Notes under the pieces: model-generated
Database searches by the model: none
Told to the model about the DNA's origin: nothing
Seen by the model: the letters and a program-made list of their open reading frames with translations, nothing else
Assembly: GCA_964565425.1 (NCBI GenBank)
Contig: CAZMEZ010000003.1
Coordinates: forward strand, 18,991 to 82,990
Direction: 5' to 3'
From: an uncultured Planctomycetia bacterium
GTDB taxonomy: Bacteria > Omnitrophota > Gorgyraeia > Tantalellales > Tantalellaceae
DNA: 64,000 nt
Part shown: in pieces, positions 58,725 to 64,000 of the stretch
How the letters are laid out: each line of letters begins with the position of its first letter
How positions within the stretch are numbered: the stretch's first letter is position 1
Made by a program: the position numbers and the translations under genes

Positions 58725-59783
58725 ATGCAACATTACCTGCAAAGATTCTTCGATAATGTCGTAGGCCTATTCTCCAGTGACATGGGGATAGATCTCGGGA
58801 CCGCCTCCACTCTTGTCTATCTCAAGAATGAGGGCATAGTACTTTGTGAGCCGTCCGTTGTAGCTATCGAGGCCGGGACATCCAATGTTCTTGCCGTAGG
58901 GGAAGAGGCCAAGCGGATGCTCGGAAGGACCCCGGGCAACATCGTGGCTATAAGGCCCATGAGGGATGGTGTTATAGCCGACTTTGAGATAACCGAAGCC
59001 ATGCTAAGATATTTCATCAAAAAGGTGCACAACTCCCGCAGGCTTGTCCGGCCCCGGATCGTGATAGCCGTTCCTTCCGGCATAACCGAAGTGGAAAAAC
59101 GCGCGGTAAAGGATTCCGCCCTTCACGCCGGAGCGCGGGAAGTGTATATGATCGAGGAACCGGTAGCCGCTTCGATAGGTGTCGGCTTGCCCATACAGGA
59201 GCCGTCGGGGAACATGATAATAGACATAGGCGGAGGCACGACAGAGATGGCCGTTATCTCGCTGGCAGGGGTCGTATTTTCCAAGTCCATCAGGATCGGT
59301 GGGGATGAAATGGACGAGGCGATAATAAACTATCTCAAGAGGACCTATAATCTCATGATCGGCGAAAGGACCGCCGAAGAGATCAAGATAAGGATCGGTT
59401 CCGGCTACCCCATGGAAGAAGAGATGACGATGGATGTGAGAGGGCGCGATCTCGTGGCCGGTCTTCCGAAAATGATAACCATAACGAGCGAAGAGATACG
59501 CGAGGCTCTTTCAGAACCTATCGCGCAAATAGTCGAAGCCGTGAGGATCACGCTTGAAAGGACCCCCCCGGAGCTTTCCGCCGACCTCATAGAGAAGGGT
59601 CTGATACTGGCGGGCGGAGGAGCTCTCTTGAGGGGCTTGGATAAACTTATCTCCGAAGAGACGAGTCTTCCGGTCCATCTGGCGGATGACCCGCTGACGG
59701 CCGTAGCTCTGGGTACGGGAAAAGTGCTGAGCGAGATGAGGTATCTCAAGCGGCTCACGGTGGCTCCGAAACTCCATAAATAA
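58725..59783 (+). CDS. mreB: Rod shape-determining actin MreB
   Basis: [41 protein letters not shown]; N-terminal amphipathic helix. Confidence 0.98.
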   Translation: MQHYLQRFFDNVVGLFSSDMGIDLGTASTLVYLKNEGIVLCEPSVVAIEAGTSNVLAVGEEAKRMLGRTPGNIVAIRPMRDGVIADFEITEAMLRYFIKKVHNSRRLVRPRIVIAVPSGITEVEKRAVKDSALHAGAREVYMIEEPVAASIGVGLPIQEPSGNMIIDIGGGTTEMAVISLAGVVFSKSIRIGGDEMDEAIINYLKRTYNLMIGERTAEEIKIRIGSGYPMEEEMTMDVRGRDLVAGLPKMITITSEEIREALSEPIAQIVEAVRITLERTPPELSADLIEKGLILAGGGALLRGLDKLISEETSLPVHLADDPLTAVALGTGKVLSEMRYLKRLTVAPKLHK

Positions 59784-59791
59784 GTCTCGAT

Positions 59792-60568
59792 GTGCTTACG
59801 TTTTTCAAAAACCAAAAGACCTGGATATCGCTGCTATCCATCCTTATCGCGGCGTTTCTTCTTTTATTCTTACCATCGTTTTCCGCGGGCGTAAAACGCC
59901 TTTCTTCCAATATCCTGCTGGTCCCCGTGAAAGTGTCGAACGGCATCGGCGACCATTTCCGTTCGAAGAGAGAACTCCTTAACGAGAATGAATCCCTCAA
60001 AAAGCGCGGGGGAGAACTCTCGCTTGAGATGCAAAGGTTCGGGGAATTGAAGGGGGAGAATCAGCGTCTTCGCGATCTCCTGCACTTTAAAAGGTCAGTA
60101 GGGGTCGATACCATTTCGGCCGAGGTCATAGCGAGAGATCCCAACGACTGGGCCGGCTCTTTCGTGATAGACAAAGGGGTCGATGACGGGTTGAAGAAGG
60201 ACATGGCGGTATGTTCATCGAAAGGGTTGTTGGGGAAGGTCGTCGATCCACATAAGAGCACGAGTCTGGTGATGCTCATAACCCATCCGGGGTTCAAGAC
60301 GGGCGGCATGCTCAGAGATTCTCGCATCAACGGTATCGTTGTGGGAGAAGGGAAGGGTACCGTGAAGATGCTTTATATTCCCGTGGACGCCGAAGTTAAA
60401 GCGGGAGAAACGGTCATAACATCCGGATTCAGCCGTATATTCCCGAAAGGAATAGTTATCGGTGAAGTGGTTTCCGTGGATCGGAGCAAGACCGGATTAT
60501 ATAAGTATGCGACCATAAAACCTTCGGCGGATTCGTTCACTCAGGAAGAAGTGCTTTGCATTAAGTAA
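59792..60568 (+). CDS. mreC: Rod shape-determining protein MreC
   Basis: TM helix, coiled coil (EN.RLR.LL), IDKG..DG, GL.GKV, TSG...FPKG. Confidence 0.93.
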   Translation: MLTFFKNQKTWISLLSILIAAFLLLFLPSFSAGVKRLSSNILLVPVKVSNGIGDHFRSKRELLNENESLKKRGGELSLEMQRFGELKGENQRLRDLLHFKRSVGVDTISAEVIARDPNDWAGSFVIDKGVDDGLKKDMAVCSSKGLLGKVVDPHKSTSLVMLITHPGFKTGGMLRDSRINGIVVGEGKGTVKMLYIPVDAEVKAGETVITSGFSRIFPKGIVIGEVVSVDRSKTGLYKYATIKPSADSFTQEEVLCIK

Positions 60569-60606
60569 AAGAGCGCGAAACAAGATATCGGGTTCCGCAG
60601 TGCGGA

Positions 60607-60704
60607 CAAATCACAATAAACGGATCCGGCGATCAGCGCCCGCACCCCACACATGTTTGTAATTTGTGATTTGTTCGTAATTTGTGATTTGTGATTTGTG
60701 ATTT
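60607..60704. repeat. TTTGTGA 7-mer array with a short inverse arm
   Basis: ACAAATCACAA ... TTTGTAA TTTGTGA TTTGTTCGTAA TTTGTGA TTTGTGA TTTGTGA. Confidence 0.82.
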
Positions 60705-60719
60705 CAAATAAGGTCCCTC

Positions 60720-61202
60720 ATGAAACAACGCGCGATCCTCTATATTCTTCTGTTCGCTTTTTTCTTCCTGCAGGTTTCTTTCATGGGAAGGGTGAATTGG
60801 TTCCCCGACCTGGTCCTTCTGATCGTGATCTTTACGGGCATGTTCCGCGGAAGCGCTGAAGGCGGGCTCATGGGTCTTGCGGCGGGATTTCTCAGGGGAT
60901 GTTTTTCTGTTAACACCTTTGTCCTGGACCTGTTCTTATTTCCGGTGGTCGGCCTGGTCTCGTCCGTTATGCCACGGTTATTTTACCGTCAGAACGCGGC
61001 TGCGCAGGTCTTTGTCGTCCTGCTGGCGTTACTCGCGGTCGTAAATGCCCACGCACTCTACATGAACTCCGTGTGGGGGAATGATGTCAGCCTTCCCGCT
61101 GTTATATTCAACAGCAGGGGAGTATTCGCCGGGACGCTGATCGCCGCCCCCTTGCTTTTTGCTTTTCTTAAAAGGATATTGCATGTGGAGGACGAGGTAT
61201 AG
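60720..61202 (+). CDS. mreD: Rod shape-determining protein MreD
   Basis: Hydrophobic; PDL.L motif; lies between mreC and mrdA. Confidence 0.85.
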   Translation: MKQRAILYILLFAFFFLQVSFMGRVNWFPDLVLLIVIFTGMFRGSAEGGLMGLAAGFLRGCFSVNTFVLDLFLFPVVGLVSSVMPRLFYRQNAAAQVFVVLLALLAVVNAHALYMNSVWGNDVSLPAVIFNSRGVFAGTLIAAPLLFAFLKRILHVEDEV

Positions 61203-61206
61203 GTGC

Positions 61207-61273
61207 GCGGTTCGTGGTATACGGTTAGCGGTTTACGGTATTCGAACGACGAACGACGAGCGACGAACGACGA
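61207..61273. repeat. Two adjacent 7-mer arrays (CGGTTWR and ACGACGA)
   Basis: CGGTTCG TGGTATA CGGTTAG CGGTTTA CGGT; CGAACGA CGAACGA CGAGCGA CGAACGA. Confidence 0.82.
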
Positions 61274-61276
61274 AAA

Positions 61277-62998
61277 ATGAGAACACGGGTATACGCATCG
61301 ATCTTAACCGTTTTTCTGGCGATCCTGCTGGCCGGGCTGGCCTTTATCCAGATATGCATGCACCAGGAATACAAGGTCATGTCGGAGGAGAACAGGCTGA
61401 AGGTAGTTCCCCTGATGGCGCCGAGAGGGACGATACTCGACAGGAACGGGAACGCCATGGTAAAGGATGTCCTGAGCTTCGATGTTTCCGTGATCTACAG
61501 CCAGGTCAAGGAGGTAGATTCTCTTTCCGGGATACTTAGCTCGGTCCTTGCCGTCCCGAAAGATAAGATAGTCGAATACATTAAAGGCTGCCGTTACAGG
61601 CCTTATTCTCCGACGGTTATCCTTACTGATATCGGGACCGAGAATGCCATCCAGCTGGAGGAGCTGGCGATGGACAATCCGGGGCTCTTGATAGAAGTGT
61701 CAGCGAGGCGGGAGTATCTTTACGACGGGACAGCGTCCAATCTTGTGGGATACCTGGGGCTGATAAACCGTTCGGAATTCGAGAGACTCAAGCATTACGG
61801 GTACAGGGTGGACGACCTGGTCGGAAGAGACGGCGTTGAAAAATACTATGACGATTACCTCAGGGGAAAGCACGGCGGTAAACAGGTTGAGGTCGATCAC
61901 AGGGGAAGGGAGGTAAAGGTCCTGGGTTTTCGCGAACCGTTGCCCGGGAAGGACCTCTATCTTAACATCGACCTGGAACTGCAGCGATATTGCGATAGTC
62001 TTCTGGAAGGAAAAAAGGGCGCCATCGTTGTCATGGACCCGCGAAGCGGCGAAGTTCTGGCCATGGCTTCTTCACCGGGATATGATCCTGAGATATTCAT
62101 AGACAGAAAAAAGAGATCCGAGATAGCCGCGATCCTTAAGGATGAACGGTATCCGCTTTTGAACAGGGCCATTACGGGAGCGTATCCGCCGGGGTCGGTA
62201 TTCAAGCTGGTGGTCGCCACCGCGGGGCTCGAGACCAGGACGATAACTCCCCATACCATGTTCGGCTGCGACGGCAGTCTGAGCCTGGGAAGAAGGACCT
62301 TTCATTGCTGGAAAAAGGATGGTCACGGCCTCCAGGATCTCGCGGAAGGTATAAAGAATTCCTGCAATGTGTATTTTTGGAGACTCGGGGGACTTCTGGG
62401 GGTGGATAATATCGCCGAATACGGGGAAGTGTTCGGTATCGGAGAACGAACCGGCATAGATCTTCCCGGGGAGAACCGGGGGCTTTTGCCGACACGCGAA
62501 TGGAAAAAGAAATACCTCAAGGAATCCTGGTACAAAGGCGAGACGCTGAACTATTCCGTAGGGCAGGGTTATATTTTGTGTTCCCCGCTGCAGGTCGCCC
62601 GCATGGTGAGTGTATTTGCCAGCGGGGGGTATCTCGTAAGACCTTACGTGGCGGGTAAAGTTGAAGGCGTGTCCCTTAACGCCCCCCAGCGGGAGAGGGT
62701 GGATGTCTCGGAAGAATCCCTGGAGGTGGTCAGGGAGGGGATGAAAAAGGTCGTGAACGATAGCGACGGTACGGGAAGGAAAGCGAGATTGGATGAAGTG
62801 GTAGTTGCGGGCAAGACGGGAACGGCTCAGACGTCCAGGGGCATGAGCCACGGGTGGTTCGGGGGGTTTGCGCCGTACGAGGACGCCAGGCTTACGGTAG
62901 TGGTATTTGATGAATACGGCGGCAAGGGCGGCTATTACGCGGCGGGTACCGCGGGAAAGATCTTCAAAAAAGCTCATGAAATGGGACTTCTGGGATAA
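61277..62998 (+). CDS. mrdA: Penicillin-binding protein 2
   Basis: APRG.ILDRNG, YPPGSVFK, SCN, KTGTAQ, H.WF; follows mreBCD. Confidence 0.95.
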   Translation: MRTRVYASILTVFLAILLAGLAFIQICMHQEYKVMSEENRLKVVPLMAPRGTILDRNGNAMVKDVLSFDVSVIYSQVKEVDSLSGILSSVLAVPKDKIVEYIKGCRYRPYSPTVILTDIGTENAIQLEELAMDNPGLLIEVSARREYLYDGTASNLVGYLGLINRSEFERLKHYGYRVDDLVGRDGVEKYYDDYLRGKHGGKQVEVDHRGREVKVLGFREPLPGKDLYLNIDLELQRYCDSLLEGKKGAIVVMDPRSGEVLAMASSPGYDPEIFIDRKKRSEIAAILKDERYPLLNRAITGAYPPGSVFKLVVATAGLETRTITPHTMFGCDGSLSLGRRTFHCWKKDGHGLQDLAEGIKNSCNVYFWRLGGLLGVDNIAEYGEVFGIGERTGIDLPGENRGLLPTREWKKKYLKESWYKGETLNYSVGQGYILCSPLQVARMVSVFASGGYLVRPYVAGKVEGVSLNAPQRERVDVSEESLEVVREGMKKVVNDSDGTGRKARLDEVVVAGKTGTAQTSRGMSHGWFGGFAPYEDARLTVVVFDEYGGKGGYYAAGTAGKIFKKAHEMGLLG

Positions 62999-63016
62999 AA
63001 AGGGAAGACGGATATC

Positions 63017-64000
63017 ATGTTAACTTCCGGCAGAGGCAGGACTGACAGGGTTTTATTCCTGGTCACGCTGCTTATATCTTTTTTCGGGATCATTTTCGTT
63101 TATAGCGCGACCCGGGATTGGCAGAGTGCGGGCGGGGAGTTGAACGCGTACGTGATAAAGCAGGGAGTATGGATGATAGTCGGACTAATCACCGCTATTA
63201 TGCTGGCCGACATGGATTATCTCAGGGCGATGGATTTTTCTTATCTGGTATACGGCCTGAATCTCGCGGCTCTCGTGTTCCTTCTCATGTTCGGCGGCGA
63301 ACGGTTCGGGGCTAGAAGATGGATCGACCTGGGACCCGTATCGATACAACCCTCTGAGTTCGTGAAGATCACCGTGATCATAGCGCTGGCGACTTTCCTG
63401 GGAGAGAGGCGCGAGAAAACCGGGAGTCTGGGCAACTTTGCCGGCGCTGTTATACTTATTTTGCCGGCCGCTTTACTTATATTCCTGCAGCCGGATCTCG
63501 GCACGGCGTTCGTGCTCGTTCCCATACTTTTTTCAATGCTTTTCATTTGCGGCGAAAACCTGAGATACATAATCGGCAGCATGGTTTTGGGGCTGTTGAG
63601 TATGCCTTTGTTCTGGGGATTGCTCAAGGATTACCAAAAAGAAAGACTGCTCGTTTTCATAAATCCCGATATCGACCCCCTGGGCGCGGGATACACGATA
63701 ATACAGTCGAGGATCGCCATAGGATCGGGCGGACTTTTCGGCAAGGGCTGGTTGCACGGCACGCAAAGCCATCTTAAATTTCTGCCTGAAAAACATACCG
63801 ATTTCATCTTTTCGGTGATAGGTGAAGAATGGGGCTTTATGGGAGCCCTGGTGCTGGTGGCGCTTTACCTTATCATGATAGCCAGGGGCATAAGGATAAT
63901 GGCGAACGCGGACGATGTTTACGGCAGGGCCATAGCGGCGGGGATCGTAACTCTTCTGGCTTTCCAGGTGTTCGTGAACATATCTATGACCATAGGGATG
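63017..64000 (+). CDS. rodA: SEDS protein RodA (partial, runs off the window)
   Basis: Own translation: GARRWI, QPSEF.K, QPDLGT, AIGSGG, LPEKHTDFIF, GEE.GF. Confidence 0.93.
   Translation, partial: MLTSGRGRTDRVLFLVTLLISFFGIIFVYSATRDWQSAGGELNAYVIKQGVWMIVGLITAIMLADMDYLRAMDFSYLVYGLNLAALVFLLMFGGERFGARRWIDLGPVSIQPSEFVKITVIIALATFLGERREKTGSLGNFAGAVILILPAALLIFLQPDLGTAFVLVPILFSMLFICGENLRYIIGSMVLGLLSMPLFWGLLKDYQKERLLVFINPDIDPLGAGYTIIQSRIAIGSGGLFGKGWLHGTQSHLKFLPEKHTDFIFSVIGEEWGFMGALVLVALYLIMIARGIRIMANADDVYGRAIAAGIVTLLAFQVFVNISMTIGM

Overview
A gene-dense bacterial chromosome segment, mostly on the + strand. Gene content and order suggest a diderm PVC-type organism such as Ca. Omnitrophota (inference only). 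It holds mixed housekeeping and envelope genes (1-16 kb), an Rrf2-metY-cysK-metX-metW sulfur amino-acid operon, a helicase-nuclease plus YhaM, an orphan ParA fused to a glycogen-binding CBM48 domain, an ArfB-Smr pair, the dcw cluster (mraZ to ftsA, with no ftsZ), proC-yggT-yggU-mtnP-ileS-dksA-lspA-lgt-rluD-aroA, and mreBCD-mrdA-rodA (partial). I saw no rRNA, tRNA, CRISPR array, transposase or phage genes. The most unusual signals are four. (1) About 25 intergenic arrays of degenerate 7-mer repeats (one 8-mer), often as inverted arm pairs starting at stop codons and sometimes stacked as shared modules. (2) An FtsA that lacks most of the FtsZ-binding subdomain 2B and its ATP motif, with ftsZ absent from the operon. 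(3) The ParA-CBM48 fusion. (4) A c-di-GMP-I riboswitch split by nested palindromic mini-elements, upstream of a GH113-like gene.
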